Assembly: GCA_963837955.1 (NCBI GenBank)
Contig: CAWIPH010000002.1
Span: 896,001 to 960,000 of the forward strand
Length of the DNA stretch: 64,000 nt
Source: an uncultured Verrucomicrobiae bacterium
Lineage (GTDB): Bacteria > Verrucomicrobiota > Verrucomicrobiia > Chthoniobacterales > JAFAMB01
Reading direction: 5' to 3'
The first letter of the stretch is position 1, and every line of letters starts with the position of its first letter. The notes under the pieces were generated by a model. That model did no database searches, was not told the DNA's origin, and was given only the letters and a program-made list of their open reading frames with translations. The translations under genes were made by a program, and so were the position numbers. Shown here in pieces: positions 19,162-29,809 of the stretch.

Positions 19162-20719
19162 TCAGCCTCCTTCCACTCCAGAAATTGCGCTCGATTAACG
19201 GTGAGGTCCGGTAGCGATCCTCGCCGTAGTGCTTCGCAAGATTGCTGAGCACCTCATGGAGGATAGTCGTTCCCAAACTTCCTGCCCAGGCAAAGGGGCC
19301 CGCCGGATAGTTGACTCCTTTGCACATCGCGAGGTCAACATCGCACTTGCTGCTAACTCCATAATGAACTGTGTCAGCGGCTTCATTGATAATCATCGCG
19401 ACGATCCGCATCACAGCCAGGCCAGGTAAATCCTCCAGACGTGCGACGTTGAAACCGGCTTTTTGAAGTAAGCCGACTACCGAGTGATAGGCTGGATCGC
19501 TGCATTGGTCAGCTCGGGCGACCGCCAGAGTTCGCGCTTTCCCATAGTTGTAGGCAAGATCAATTAACACAACGTTTGGCTTCCCGAGCTCGTAAGCGAC
19601 TCGGGAGGCAGTCCTTCCATCGGTGAGACGGAGTAAGCCTTCGTCTACTTGAGCAACTTGATTGGTAGGCGTAGCGACCGAAGAGCGCGACGCCTCAGGG
19701 AAGCTTTTCTGCAAGCGCTCCAATAGAGCTTGGGTGATCGGCTGTGGTTCACTGAAGCACAATTCTTTCGGGCTCCGTGTAGGCGGCTCAAAAGTTGGAG
19801 AAGGTCGACTCGCCTCTTTGTCATAACGATAGAAGCCGCGGCTCGATTTTCGGCCAAAATAGCCGGCTCGAACAAGCTCTTGCTGAATTAAGGATGGAGT
19901 AAACCGACGATCAAAAAAACTGGCTCGGAAGACCGACTCGGTGACTGCGAAGTTGATGTCATTGCCGATGAGGTCCATGAGCTCAAAAGGCCCCATCCGG
20001 AATCCACCCGATTCCCGGACAAGTTCGTCAATCGTCGCAGGGTCTGCCGCCTGTTCGGAGATTAGGCGCAGTGCCTCCGCATAAAACGGTCTGGCAACGC
20101 GATTCACAATAAAGCCTGGAGTCGACTTCGCGTGCACAGGTGTTTTGTTCCAAGCCTTCGCCGTTGCCGCTGCCGTGGCAACGATTTTCGGATCAGTCGC
20201 CAGACCGCTGACAATTTCCGTGAGTTCCATCAACGGAGCAGGGTTAAAGAAATGCATTCCGACAAACCGTTCTGGCCTGTCTAAAGCGGCCGCCAGCTCC
20301 GTGACCGACAGAGAAGAAGTGTTCGTTGCCAGGATGCAGTCTGCGGAAACGACTCTCTCGAGCTGCCGAAAGATCTCCTGTTTCACCTCGAAAATTTCGA
20401 CAATGGCCTCAATCACAAGAGCCGCGTCCGCGAGTTTCTCTAGTGCGGCAACGGGTATTATCCTGCTCTCAATTGCCGATGCGTCCTTCGTCGATAACTT
20501 TCCGCGATCGACGCTCCTGCCGAGATTTGCTTCTATGTTTTCGATTGCTCGGACGATGGCGCCAGGTTGAGCGTCGAAAATCTTAACAGGATGTCCCGCA
20601 GCGGACGCAATCTGGGCAATACCGGAACCCATTGTGCCGGTGCCGATGACGCCGACGGTTGCGTGGCGGGGAATCGGGAGAGCGCCTTCCCAGCGATCTG
20701 GTCTGTCGTCGGAGCGCAT
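19145..20719 (-). CDS. paaH: 3-hydroxyadipyl-CoA (3-hydroxyacyl-CoA) dehydrogenase
   Basis: GTGTMGSGIA, ATNTSSLS, GMHFFNPAP and PGFIVNR motifs; 524 aa with duplicated C-terminal domain. Confidence 0.95.
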   Translation of the reverse strand: MRSDDRPDRWEGALPIPRHATVGVIGTGTMGSGIAQIASAAGHPVKIFDAQPGAIVRAIENIEANLGRSVDRGKLSTKDASAIESRIIPVAALEKLADAALVIEAIVEIFEVKQEIFRQLERVVSADCILATNTSSLSVTELAAALDRPERFVGMHFFNPAPLMELTEIVSGLATDPKIVATAAATAKAWNKTPVHAKSTPGFIVNRVARPFYAEALRLISEQAADPATIDELVRESGGFRMGPFELMDLIGNDINFAVTESVFRASFFDRRFTPSLIQQELVRAGYFGRKSSRGFYRYDKEASRPSPTFEPPTRSPKELCFSEPQPITQALLERLQKSFPEASRSSVATPTNQVAQVDEGLLRLTDGRTASRVAYELGKPNVVLIDLAYNYGKARTLAVARADQCSDPAYHSVVGLLQKAGFNVARLEDLPGLAVMRIVAMIINEAADTVHYGVSSKCDVDLAMCKGVNYPAGPFAWAGSLGTTILHEVLSNLAKHYGEDRYRTSPLIERNFWSGRRLNESAN

Positions 20720-20730
20720 GGTGGATCTGT

Positions 20731-21519
20731 CTACTCGCCGGTGAATCGCGGCGCTCGCTTTTCGAGAAATGCCACGACGCCTTCGTGATAATCGTGGCTT
20801 TTTCCCAATTCTCGCATGAAATCCCGCTCTAGATCGAGCTGTCGATCTAAAGTATTAGTTTGGGATGCGTAGATGGCCTGTTTTGTCCGGGCCAACCCTT
20901 TTGTCGGCGCCGAGACTAAGTATGTCATTACCTGATCGATCGCCGAGGGAAACTCGGTGTCGTCTACGCAGCGCCAAATCAAACCCCATGTTGCCGCTTG
21001 TTCGGCCGAAAGCTTTTCTCCGAGCATCGCTAGGCCGAGTGCACGAGCCGTTCCGACCAACCTCGGTAAGAAATAGGTGCCGCCGGTATCGGGGACGAGA
21101 CCGAGTTTGGCGAACGACTCGATGAAGCTGGCCGATTTGGCTGCAATCACGAGATCGCAGGCAAGCGCAAGGTTTGCCCCCGCTCCAGCCGCTACGCCAT
21201 TTACGCCGGCAACAACTGGAATCGGCAACGTGCGCAAGGTCCGCACCAGCGGTGCATAATACTTCTCGATCGTCGCGCCGAGATCGACGTCCGCATCACC
21301 AGGCGTGACCCGGCGATCTCCAAGGTCCTGTCCAGCGCAGAAACCGCGACCAGCTCCCGTGATTAGTAAAGCCCGGACACCTCCGATCGTTGCCTGATCG
21401 AGAGCTTCGCGCACTTCTTCGTGCATTTGCTCATTAAAGCTATTCAGTTTCTCGGGGCGATTCAGGGTTAGCCGCCCGGCGCCACCTTTCACTTCGTACA
21501 GAATGGTCTGATAGCTCAT
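20731..21519 (-). CDS. paaG: 1,2-epoxyphenylacetyl-CoA isomerase
   Basis: Crotonase fold with [22 protein letters not shown] and GLVPDTGG. Confidence 0.93.
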   Translation of the reverse strand: MSYQTILYEVKGGAGRLTLNRPEKLNSFNEQMHEEVREALDQATIGGVRALLITGAGRGFCAGQDLGDRRVTPGDADVDLGATIEKYYAPLVRTLRTLPIPVVAGVNGVAAGAGANLALACDLVIAAKSASFIESFAKLGLVPDTGGTYFLPRLVGTARALGLAMLGEKLSAEQAATWGLIWRCVDDTEFPSAIDQVMTYLVSAPTKGLARTKQAIYASQTNTLDRQLDLERDFMRELGKSHDYHEGVVAFLEKRAPRFTGE

Positions 21520-22301
21520 TTGTTCCGAAATACTGGTTTCCGTTTTTCGGCGAACGCAGCCATTCCTTCTTTGCGATCTTCGAGAGCAAATGTTGATTGA
21601 AAGGCCCGGCGTTCCATACGTAGCCCCTCGGCCAGAGTTGTTTCGTAAGCCGCGTTCACGGCCTCTTTCACGATCATGACGGCCGGACGCGAAAGCGCCG
21701 CGATCTTAGCGGCCGTTTTGATTGCTTCTTGCTTAAGTTCTGCTGCCTGGATGACTCGGCTTACTAGTCCAATGCGTTCCGCTTCTTCGGCCCCGATCAG
21801 TCGTCCGGTGAGACACATCTCCATCGCTTTCGATTTCCCGACCAGGCGAGTAAGCCGCTGGGTACCTCCGGCACCGGGCATCGTTCCGACATTAATCTCG
21901 GGCTGCCCGAACTTCGCCGTATCCGCTGCGAGGATGAAATCGCAAGCCATAGCCAGTTCACAACCACCGCCCAATGCATAGCCTGCAACTGCTGCGATGA
22001 TCGGCTTTCGGATGATAGCAATACGGTTCCAAGCGCTGCCCCGGCCGGATGGGAAATCGGCTAGGAACATGTCGAGGAAGCTTTGGTCCTGCATTTCTTT
22101 GATGTCAGCTCCGGCAGCGAACGCCTTTTCGTTTCCGGTTAGAACGATCGCACCAATGGCAGCGTCGCTTTCCAACGAGTCAAGAGCGCCGACCAAATCC
22201 CGCATCAGAGCGTTCGAGAGTGCGTTTAACGCGTCCGGCCGGTTAAGAGTAATGATCCCGACCCCGTCTTGAGTATCTACGAGAATGTGTTGGTAACTCA
22301 T
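21516..22301 (-). CDS. paaF: Enoyl-CoA hydratase (2,3-dehydroadipyl-CoA hydratase)
   Basis: [20 protein letters not shown] and FGQPEI motifs; paa context. Confidence 0.88.
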   Translation of the reverse strand: MSYQHILVDTQDGVGIITLNRPDALNALSNALMRDLVGALDSLESDAAIGAIVLTGNEKAFAAGADIKEMQDQSFLDMFLADFPSGRGSAWNRIAIIRKPIIAAVAGYALGGGCELAMACDFILAADTAKFGQPEINVGTMPGAGGTQRLTRLVGKSKAMEMCLTGRLIGAEEAERIGLVSRVIQAAELKQEAIKTAAKIAALSRPAVMIVKEAVNAAYETTLAEGLRMERRAFQSTFALEDRKEGMAAFAEKRKPVFRNK

Positions 22302-22936
22302 ACGATCTTTAGATCATCTTGCTTGAAGAGCGCATTTTTTTTGGATCTCAGCAGCGGCTCAAATTGCGGTACGCGCATTCGCTGGCGGCCAGGCTCGACT
22401 TCGGAGAGCGGTTCGGCTTCGCGCAACCCTGCTTTGCAGCGCAGAGACAACGCTTGGTAAATTGCGGTTCCTTCATTTTTCCAGGCGAGCTCTTCGTCGC
22501 TTAGCTGGCGGACTACCTTGGCTGGAGTACCGGCGACCAGGCTGCGGGCTGGAACGATCATGCCGGCCTTTACGAAGGTAAGTGCTGCCACGATGGCAGA
22601 CTCACCGATTTCAACATCATCCATAATGATGGCCTTCATCCCGACCATTGCGTCCTGCTTGATCCGACATCCGTGAAGGATCGCTCCATGCCCTATGTGA
22701 CCGCCGCGTTCGACGATCGTCTCGGCATTCGGAAAAGTATGAACCACGCAGTTGTCCTGAAGGTTACTGCCCTCTTCGAACACGATGCGGCCGAAATCGC
22801 CGCGCAACGATGCACCCGGCCCGATGTAACAATTCGGGCCGATGATTACATCCCCGATGAGAACTGCTGCGGGATGTACAAATGCAGATGAGTCCACAAC
22901 TGGCGTGATCCCATCCAACGAGTAGACGTTAGGCAT
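22298..22936 (-). CDS. paaY: Hexapeptide-repeat protein PaaY
   Basis: [21 protein letters not shown] and [12 protein letters not shown] motifs. Confidence 0.93.
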   Translation of the reverse strand: MPNVYSLDGITPVVDSSAFVHPAAVLIGDVIIGPNCYIGPGASLRGDFGRIVFEEGSNLQDNCVVHTFPNAETIVERGGHIGHGAILHGCRIKQDAMVGMKAIIMDDVEIGESAIVAALTFVKAGMIVPARSLVAGTPAKVVRQLSDEELAWKNEGTAIYQALSLRCKAGLREAEPLSEVEPGRQRMRVPQFEPLLRSKKNALFKQDDLKIV

Positions 22937-22992
22937 AAGCCGATGTTCTGGTGGAGGTTAACGTTCGCGCTGCTGGAAAAATGGCTCCCCGA

Positions 22993-24657
22993 TCATACGT
23001 GAACCCTGCTTTGGACGACGCGGAATCGGCCTGCCACAAATGCGCTATCCGTCAGCACCGCGTTGGTTGCCGGATTTCCTCCAGTTCCATGGAAATCGCT
23101 GAAGGCAGCGGATTGATTCACGTAAACACCGCCCGTCAAATTGCAGGAAAGCGCCACCGCAGCTTCAGCAGCAACCTCATGCACGCTGTTCAGCACGGAT
23201 TCATTTGTCGAGTAGACTGAGAGCGTTAGTGCACCATGTTCGACTGCGCCCTTTCGCGCGAGCACGATGCTGTGACTGATGTCGTTTGTCGGAATGACAA
23301 ATGCAATTGGCCCAAACAGCTCTTGCATAAATTTGGCCTCCTCGCTCGCGTCCGCTTGCAGAAGGAGCGGTGTTCGAATCTTTGCTTCCGGGAACTGAGG
23401 ATGACTGATCGATTGACGATCCACGAGAATCTTCCCGAGTTCGCGCGCTCGCTCAAGCCGATCGAGCACGGAAGCATTTTGAATGGCCCCAAGCACTTCA
23501 ACTGCCCGGGCAGGATCGCCCAGCAATTTGCCAATTCCCTCAGTTAACCCGGCCACGACTTGGTCAAACGACAGGTGCCCTTCTGCAGTCTCGATCCCGT
23601 CCTTCGGAATATAGATGTTCTGCGGAGCGGTGCACATCTGCCCGGAATATAATGATAACGAGAACGCGATATTCTTTGTCATCCCTTTGAAATCCGCAGT
23701 GGAGTCAATGATGATCTGGTTGACTCCCGCTTTTTCCGTATAAACCAAAGCCTGCCTGGCCTCTCGTTCTAGCCATTCGCCGTTTTGAGAACTCCCGGTA
23801 AAATCGATAAGCTTTACCTCAGGACGCTGCGCGAGGGCTTGAGCAACCCTGTCATTTGCTTCGTGGACGACCAGCGTGACGACATTAGGATCGAACCCCG
23901 CCTCTTGCAGGACCTGACGGGCAATCTCCACGGTGATGGCGAGCGGAAGAACGGCACCAGGATGTGGCTTCACAACCACGCAATTGCCGGTCGCCAAACT
24001 AGCAAAAAATCCAGGATACGAATTCCAGGTCGGAAAGGTACAACAACCGATAACCAAACTAATACCGCGGGGCACGATCCGATAACGCTTTTCCATCTTA
24101 AGCGGGTCATGCTTGCCCTGTGGTTTCTCCCAATAGGCCGTTTTTGGAATGCGATTCATTTCCGCCCACGCATATGCAACCGCCTCCAAGCCGCGATCTT
24201 GAGCGTGCGGACCACCCGCTTGAAACGCCATCATGAAGGCCTGACCAGTGGTGTGCATGACGGCGTAGCCTATTTCAAAACTGCGGCGATTCAGGCGTTG
24301 CAGAATTTCCAACGCGACTCCGGTCCAGGCTTTCGGTCCAGCTGCTTGCCAACTCTTCGCTGCAGACTGAATTCCACGGAATAGCGGATCCAGATCAACT
24401 TTCGGGTAGGTGATCTCCAAAGGGAATCCATAGGGCGAGCTTTCCGCGCCGACGTGTCCGGTAATGCCGGGCTCGTCCAACGGAAATGGTTTCTTTAAGC
24501 GAGCCTGAAAAGCAGCTTTCCCGTCGTCGTTCGCAGTTTCTCCGTATACCTTTCCGCTAGGCATTTCCGGAAATGAACTCCAGTAGCCGCGCGTATTGAT
24601 TGCGCGGACTGCCTTCTCGAGGAGGTCTTGATGTTGAGAAAAAAAGAGATCGGACAC
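22993..24657 (-). CDS. paaN: Phenylacetate degradation aldehyde dehydrogenase PaaN
   Basis: MHTTGQAFMMAFQAGGPHAQDR, DFTGS, TEKAGVN and YSGQMCT motifs; no MaoC domain. Confidence 0.92.
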   Translation of the reverse strand: MSDLFFSQHQDLLEKAVRAINTRGYWSSFPEMPSGKVYGETANDDGKAAFQARLKKPFPLDEPGITGHVGAESSPYGFPLEITYPKVDLDPLFRGIQSAAKSWQAAGPKAWTGVALEILQRLNRRSFEIGYAVMHTTGQAFMMAFQAGGPHAQDRGLEAVAYAWAEMNRIPKTAYWEKPQGKHDPLKMEKRYRIVPRGISLVIGCCTFPTWNSYPGFFASLATGNCVVVKPHPGAVLPLAITVEIARQVLQEAGFDPNVVTLVVHEANDRVAQALAQRPEVKLIDFTGSSQNGEWLEREARQALVYTEKAGVNQIIIDSTADFKGMTKNIAFSLSLYSGQMCTAPQNIYIPKDGIETAEGHLSFDQVVAGLTEGIGKLLGDPARAVEVLGAIQNASVLDRLERARELGKILVDRQSISHPQFPEAKIRTPLLLQADASEEAKFMQELFGPIAFVIPTNDISHSIVLARKGAVEHGALTLSVYSTNESVLNSVHEVAAEAAVALSCNLTGGVYVNQSAAFSDFHGTGGNPATNAVLTDSAFVAGRFRVVQSRVHV

Positions 24658-24712
24658 GTGGAGGGTTCCTTCTGTTTGTTCTTTATGGAGGGGAGGAAAA
24701 ATTGGGGGCGTG

Positions 24713-25825
24713 CTAGTGAACGCGGTCGAAATCGACTGTCACCTGATCGGTAAGGGGATAACTTTGACAGGTAAGAATGAAACCTTGCGTTACTTCGTAA
24801 TCTTCCAAGGCATAATTGGTATCCATCTCGACCTCACCTGTTCGCAGGTGTGCGCGGCAACTAGAACAGACTCCGCCCTGGCAGCCGTAACGGAGATCGA
24901 AACCGTGGCGGAGGCCGGCGTGGAGAATCGCTTCAGTACCTCTGCGCATAGAGAATCGATGTTCCGCACCGTCGAGCACTAGAGTCACTTCACACATTTT
25001 CTGTTCGACAGGTGAGCTTATCTTTGCCCTCATTTTGCGAGGGCCGCTGGTAAAGAATTCCCGTCGGATCCGTGACTCTTCTACACCGCGGAGTTTCAAT
25101 ACATCCGCGACTTCGCGGATAAACGTATCGGGTCCACACAGGAAGGCGACATCAATTCGACGATCTCCTACCCATCGATCGAGTAGTTCTTGCGCTTTTT
25201 CGCCGGTGATGCGGCCATTGAGCAATTCACTCTCTTGCCGTTCACGCGTTAAGATGTGGACCAGATTCAACCGGCCAAGAAATCTATCTTTGAGATCCGC
25301 TAGCTCATCACGAAACATCACCGTTCCGGTTGCCCGATTCCCGTAGAATAGGGTGAAGTTGCTGTTCGGCTCGGCCAGCAGTGCACTCTTCAAAACAGAA
25401 AAAATCGGAGTGATTCCGCTGCCGGCAGCGAAGGCCACATAAGACTTGTGATTCCGCTGCGATAACGGTACGCCGAACTTCCCAGCGGGTGGCGTCACTT
25501 CCAAATAATCGCCAATGGTGAGATGATCATTTGCCCAATTCGAGAAAAGGCCGTCCGGCATACGTTTGATCGCAATGCGTAAGGCCTTATCCTGGCTGGC
25601 CGCACAGATGGAGTATGACCGCCGAATCTCCTGGCCGTCGATAGCTTTGCGAAGAGTCAGGTGCTGTCCCGGGGTAAAATCGAACCGATCTGCGAGACTG
25701 GCTGGGACCTCGAATGTCACTGCGATCGCTTCACGAGTTTCCGCACGAACATCTCGCACCCGCAACCGAAAGAAACCCTTCGTCACCCGAAGATCAGGTA
25801 GTGCCCTCGTTTCGCTTAATGACAT
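24713..25825 (-). CDS. paaE: Phenylacetyl-CoA epoxidase reductase subunit
   Basis: RRSYSI FAD motif, AAGSGITP, and C-terminal 2Fe-2S CQGGVCSSC...C. Confidence 0.96.
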   Translation of the reverse strand: MSLSETRALPDLRVTKGFFRLRVRDVRAETREAIAVTFEVPASLADRFDFTPGQHLTLRKAIDGQEIRRSYSICAASQDKALRIAIKRMPDGLFSNWANDHLTIGDYLEVTPPAGKFGVPLSQRNHKSYVAFAAGSGITPIFSVLKSALLAEPNSNFTLFYGNRATGTVMFRDELADLKDRFLGRLNLVHILTRERQESELLNGRITGEKAQELLDRWVGDRRIDVAFLCGPDTFIREVADVLKLRGVEESRIRREFFTSGPRKMRAKISSPVEQKMCEVTLVLDGAEHRFSMRRGTEAILHAGLRHGFDLRYGCQGGVCSSCRAHLRTGEVEMDTNYALEDYEVTQGFILTCQSYPLTDQVTVDFDRVH

Positions 25826-26370
25826 TTGAAATAATCAAACGGTTCGCGACACGCGTCGCACACGTAAAATGCCTTGCACGGCGTGGAGCCAAACTGACTA
25901 ACTACCCGAGTGTTTCTTGAGCCGCAGCGCGGGCACTCAATCGCTAAATCCCGATCGGTCACTTTGTCCAAAGCATAGGCTTCGCAACATCTATCAATCG
26001 CCACATGAGTCTGGGAAACCTCATCGGAGCGATGAGGAGGCGCGACGCCATATTCTCGAAGGCGAGTTCTACCCTTTTCGGAAAGCCACTCGGTCGTCCA
26101 GGCAGGCGACAGTCGAGTTTCGATTTGCACCTGGCCGATCCCGCGCTCACGGAGAGCAGTGATGATATCTTCCCTAATGACCGCGGTGGCCGGGCAACCG
26201 GAATAGGTGGGCGTAATTGTAACGACCAGCTTGGGTTCACCTGGTTCTTCCTGCCACCTGAGATCTCGAACTATTCCGAGATCGACCACCGAAACCACAG
26301 GTATTTCCGGATCAACGACTTCATCCAGCCAATTCCAAATTTGATCGGGCGCTGGTAAAATCGCTTTCAT
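25816..26370 (-). CDS. paaD: Phenylacetyl-CoA epoxidase subunit D
   Basis: DPEIPVVSVVDLGIVR, TPTYSGCPA, CPRCGS and CREPFDYFKCH motifs. Confidence 0.96.
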   Translation of the reverse strand: MKAILPAPDQIWNWLDEVVDPEIPVVSVVDLGIVRDLRWQEEPGEPKLVVTITPTYSGCPATAVIREDIITALRERGIGQVQIETRLSPAWTTEWLSEKGRTRLREYGVAPPHRSDEVSQTHVAIDRCCEAYALDKVTDRDLAIECPRCGSRNTRVVSQFGSTPCKAFYVCDACREPFDYFKCH

Positions 26371-26384
26371 GTTTCTGCATTCTT

Positions 26385-27140
26385 CTACCACTGCGCGTTT
26401 GGGTAGGCCCGCTGCAGAAATTGCATCTCCGCCAGCAAATAGCCAAAACCCTCGGTGTGTATCCCGCGCTTGCCGCCGCGCTGCATCCAATCTGAGCGGG
26501 GTAGGGCGAGTGTAGCCTCAGCGAATGTGGACTTCACGCGATCCATCCATGGAACCTGCAACGCCCGAAGATCGGGTCCGATTTTTTCCTGAGCCATCGC
26601 ATCATCAATCGGGTCGGCTTCGAAAAGCTCGCCGGTAAACCGCCAAAGCTCATCGGCAGCGCGCTGCATTCGGACATGGCTTTCCTCCGTTCCGTCACCG
26701 AGTCGAATCACCCAACCGGCACTCCGCCGAAGATGGTAACGCACTTCTTTGAGGGCTTTCTCGCTGATTTCGCTGATCCGTTGATCGCTTGAGTCTGCCA
26801 GAGCTGTCAACAACAACAAATACCACGCATCAAAGTAAAATTGCCGGGCGATCGTCGTTGCAAAATCGCCGTTTGCTTGTTCAACGAGAAGCAAATTTCG
26901 GAACTCGTGTGTATCGCGCAGAAAAGCGAGTTGGTCTTCGGTGCGTTCTTTTCCTTCCACTTCCGCGGCGTATCCAAGCCAGATTTGTGCTTGCCCATTC
27001 AGATCCAGCGCTACATTAGTAAGCGCGAGATCTTCCTCCAAGATAGGCCCCCGTCCGCACCATTCCCCGAGGCGCTGACTCAAGATCAGGCAGCTGTCGG
27101 CTAGGCGCAGGACGTAATCGAAAAGCTGTTTATTATTCAT
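26385..27140 (-). CDS. paaC: Phenylacetyl-CoA epoxidase subunit C
   Basis: LSQRLGEWCG, KEVRYH, RLGDGTEESH and EMQFLQRAYP motifs. Confidence 0.97.
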   Translation of the reverse strand: MNNKQLFDYVLRLADSCLILSQRLGEWCGRGPILEEDLALTNVALDLNGQAQIWLGYAAEVEGKERTEDQLAFLRDTHEFRNLLLVEQANGDFATTIARQFYFDAWYLLLLTALADSSDQRISEISEKALKEVRYHLRRSAGWVIRLGDGTEESHVRMQRAADELWRFTGELFEADPIDDAMAQEKIGPDLRALQVPWMDRVKSTFAEATLALPRSDWMQRGGKRGIHTEGFGYLLAEMQFLQRAYPNAQW

Positions 27141-27147
27141 GTGATTT

Positions 27148-27321
27148 TCGTCCTCGTGCTCGTCGTCGTCCTCGTGCTCGAAAATGCTATGGTGGCGCGG
27201 ACTTTCCCATCGCGACGGTGTTCATTTTGCGAAAAGATCGCCTTGTTTGACGATTAATACCTTCCATCATTCTCGCCGGTCGGGTCACCTCAAGCGAGGA
27301 CGAGCACTACGACGAGGACGA
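27148..27321. repeat. Intergenic inverted-repeat element with (CTCGTN)n arms
   Basis: Left arm TCGTCCTCGTGCTCGTCGTCGTCCTCGTGCTCG (27148-27180); right arm CGAGGACGAGCACTACGACGAGGACGA (27295-27321). Confidence 0.7.
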
Positions 27322-27350
27322 TTGCGCTCGCGCCTTCGCCGCGTTGCGAT

Positions 27351-27632
27351 CTACAAGTGTTTCACCTCCTCCGGCACCTTATAGAAAGTAGGATGCCGAT
27401 AGATCTTGTTCTTGGCCGGCTCGAACAGCTCTTCCTTTTGGTCGGGGTCGCTCGCGTAAATATCGACCGACTTCACCACCCAGATACTGACGCCTTCATT
27501 GCGTCTCGTATATACGTCGCGAGCGTTCTCGACGGCCATTTCCGCGTCCGGAGCATGTAGACTACCGACATGCTTATGCGCTAAGCCGTTTTGGCTTCGA
27601 ATGAATACTTCCCAGAGCGGCCAATCGTTCAT
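27351..27632 (-). CDS. paaB: Phenylacetyl-CoA epoxidase subunit B
   Basis: WPLWEVFIRS, HVGSLHAPD, ARDVYTRR and YRHPTFY motifs. Confidence 0.97.
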   Translation of the reverse strand: MNDWPLWEVFIRSQNGLAHKHVGSLHAPDAEMAVENARDVYTRRNEGVSIWVVKSVDIYASDPDQKEELFEPAKNKIYRHPTFYKVPEEVKHL

Positions 27633-27647
27633 GGTTTCTCGCTTATT

Positions 27648-28625
27648 CTAAGCGGCAACGGTCTCTGCTTTGCGCTTGCGCGCATACTCCAGCGCAGCGG
27701 CACTCACCCAGGCACCATCATCATGCGCTGCTCTTCGAGCCCGCATTCGCTCCCGATTGCAAGGTCCGTTCCCTTTGATGACGTTATAAAACTCGGTCCA
27801 ATCAATCTCCCCAAAATCGTAGTGTCCAGTCGCGGTATTCCAGCCCAACGCCGGATCTGGTATTCTCAGTCCTAGATAATCTGCCTGCGGAGCTGTTTGA
27901 TCGACGAATCGCCGGCGTAGTTCATCGTTGGTCAGGAGCTTTATTTTCCAACGCTTTGATTGCGCTGTGTGCGGGGATTCACTGTCGGGAGGGCCGAACA
28001 TCATGAGCGAGGGCCACCACCAACGACTTAGAGCATCTTGGGCCATTGCTCGTTGAGCGCTCGTGCCACGCGACAAAGTGGTCATGATCTCGAACCCTTG
28101 ACGCTGATGGAAACTTTCTTCTTTGCAGATCCGGATCATTGCTCGCGCGTATGGCCCATAGGAACAGCGACAGAGCGGTATCTGATTCATGATCGCGGCG
28201 CCGTCGACCAGCCAACCGATCGCACCCATGTCGGCCCACGTAAGGGTCGGGTAGTTAAAGATGCTCGAGTACTTCGCTTTTCCTGACAAAAGATCTTCCA
28301 CTAATTGGTCACGCGAAACGCCCAATGTCTCGGCGGCCCCGTAGAGGTAAAGGCCGTGCCCGGCTTCATCCTGGACTTTAGCTAACAGAATCGCCTTACG
28401 CCGTAAGGTCGGTGCGCGGGTGATCCAGTTGGCCTCGGGCAACTGCCCAACAATTTCCGAATGGGCGTGTTGCGAAATTTGGCGGATCAACGTTTTCCGA
28501 TAACCTTCCGGCATCCAATCTTTGGCCTCGATGGTCTCGCCTGCGTCAATCCTGATCTGGAAATGTCGTTCTTGCGGAGTTTCTCCGTTTTGCTCACCTG
28601 TGACTTCGACCATTTGCGCGTACAT
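27648..28625 (-). CDS. paaA: Phenylacetyl-CoA epoxidase subunit A
   Basis: [14 protein letters not shown] and [11 protein letters not shown] diiron motifs. Confidence 0.98.
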   Translation of the reverse strand: MYAQMVEVTGEQNGETPQERHFQIRIDAGETIEAKDWMPEGYRKTLIRQISQHAHSEIVGQLPEANWITRAPTLRRKAILLAKVQDEAGHGLYLYGAAETLGVSRDQLVEDLLSGKAKYSSIFNYPTLTWADMGAIGWLVDGAAIMNQIPLCRCSYGPYARAMIRICKEESFHQRQGFEIMTTLSRGTSAQRAMAQDALSRWWWPSLMMFGPPDSESPHTAQSKRWKIKLLTNDELRRRFVDQTAPQADYLGLRIPDPALGWNTATGHYDFGEIDWTEFYNVIKGNGPCNRERMRARRAAHDDGAWVSAAALEYARKRKAETVAA

Positions 28626-28673
28626 AGATCTGCAATCTTTGGGTTGGGGGAGAAGCTGCTAGAACGAAGATTA

Positions 28674-28712
28674 TGATACAAGGATTGCGGCTCTAAATCA
28701 AATACTGTATCA
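28674..28712. promoter_or_regulatory. Putative PaaX operator
   Basis: TGATACA-N25-TGTATCA inverted repeat in the paaA/paaX divergent spacer. Confidence 0.7.
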
Positions 28713-28735
28713 CTTGGGTTGTCTACGAAATTGTC

Positions 28736-29683
28736 GTGCCGGCCACTCACTCTTCTCTTTCCACTACCCGCCAGACGATCCGGAAATGGATCAGAGGTAC
28801 TTTGGCCAATGATCCCCCCAGAGCGAAGTCACTCGTCGTTACCGTCTTTGGCGACTCGATCCAACCGCGCGGTGGATCAGTTCGGCTGAAGGGGTTGATC
28901 GATCTGCTTGCCCCGTTCGGCATCAACGATCGCCTGGTCAGAACCAGTGTTTTTCGCTTAGTGCAGGAAAAGTGGCTTCGTCCCAGCAAACACGGCCGGG
29001 AGAGCTCCTATCATCTGACCGAATCTGGCCGGCACCGCTTTGCGCTTGCCTATGGCAAAATCTATCAGCGGCAATCGACTGCCTGGAATGGGCGTTGGAC
29101 GCTGATAGCGTTACCGCAGAACGGCGTGCCCCCGCAGCAAAGGACGCGTCTGCGCAAGGAGCTGGAGTGGCAGGGTATGCGCCAACTCGCACCTAATCTA
29201 CTTGGACATCCGCAAATTAGTTGGGCGCTGGTGGAAGAGGTTCTCGATCGTCTGGATGCCCGACGGCAAGTAATCACCTGTCAAGTGATTGAGTCCGGTA
29301 ATTTAGGCACACGTAACTTGCCTGATCTTGTCAAAAGCTCTTGGGATTTCACGTCAGTGATCAACGATTATCGCGCGTTTCTCCGGCGATTTTCCGCCCT
29401 CCGGCGACTTCCGGAAGAGCCGGACGCGATCGTACCGCAAGAATGGTTCATGATTCGCACGCTATTAATCCATGCTTTTCGTCGAATCGTTCTCCATGAC
29501 CCACTCCTCCCAACCGAGCTGCTTCCCATTCCATGGATTGGCGGTGAAGCTTACGCATTTGTGAGTAGGATTTATTTGCAAAGTATCACCGGATCAGAAG
29601 CACATCTGAATGCGACGATTGGGAGCCCAAATAAGCCCAATTCGGTTGGTGCACATCTGGGTCAGCGCTTTCGCCGGCTTTGA
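28736..29683 (+). CDS. paaX: Phenylacetate degradation repressor
   Basis: RAKSLVVTVFGDSI, LVRTSVFRL and HAFRRIVLHDPLLP motifs. Confidence 0.95.
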   Translation: MPATHSSLSTTRQTIRKWIRGTLANDPPRAKSLVVTVFGDSIQPRGGSVRLKGLIDLLAPFGINDRLVRTSVFRLVQEKWLRPSKHGRESSYHLTESGRHRFALAYGKIYQRQSTAWNGRWTLIALPQNGVPPQQRTRLRKELEWQGMRQLAPNLLGHPQISWALVEEVLDRLDARRQVITCQVIESGNLGTRNLPDLVKSSWDFTSVINDYRAFLRRFSALRRLPEEPDAIVPQEWFMIRTLLIHAFRRIVLHDPLLPTELLPIPWIGGEAYAFVSRIYLQSITGSEAHLNATIGSPNKPNSVGAHLGQRFRRL

Positions 29684-29809
29684 CCGCAATGTTCGGTCTT
29701 TACGCCAATGATCCGCTGGTAGACCAAGAGCCGAGAAGCGCGGAATCGACTGGTGAGGAAGGACCGGAGCACTCGCCTAACATAGGGCTCCCTTGGTACG
29801 GAAATTCTT

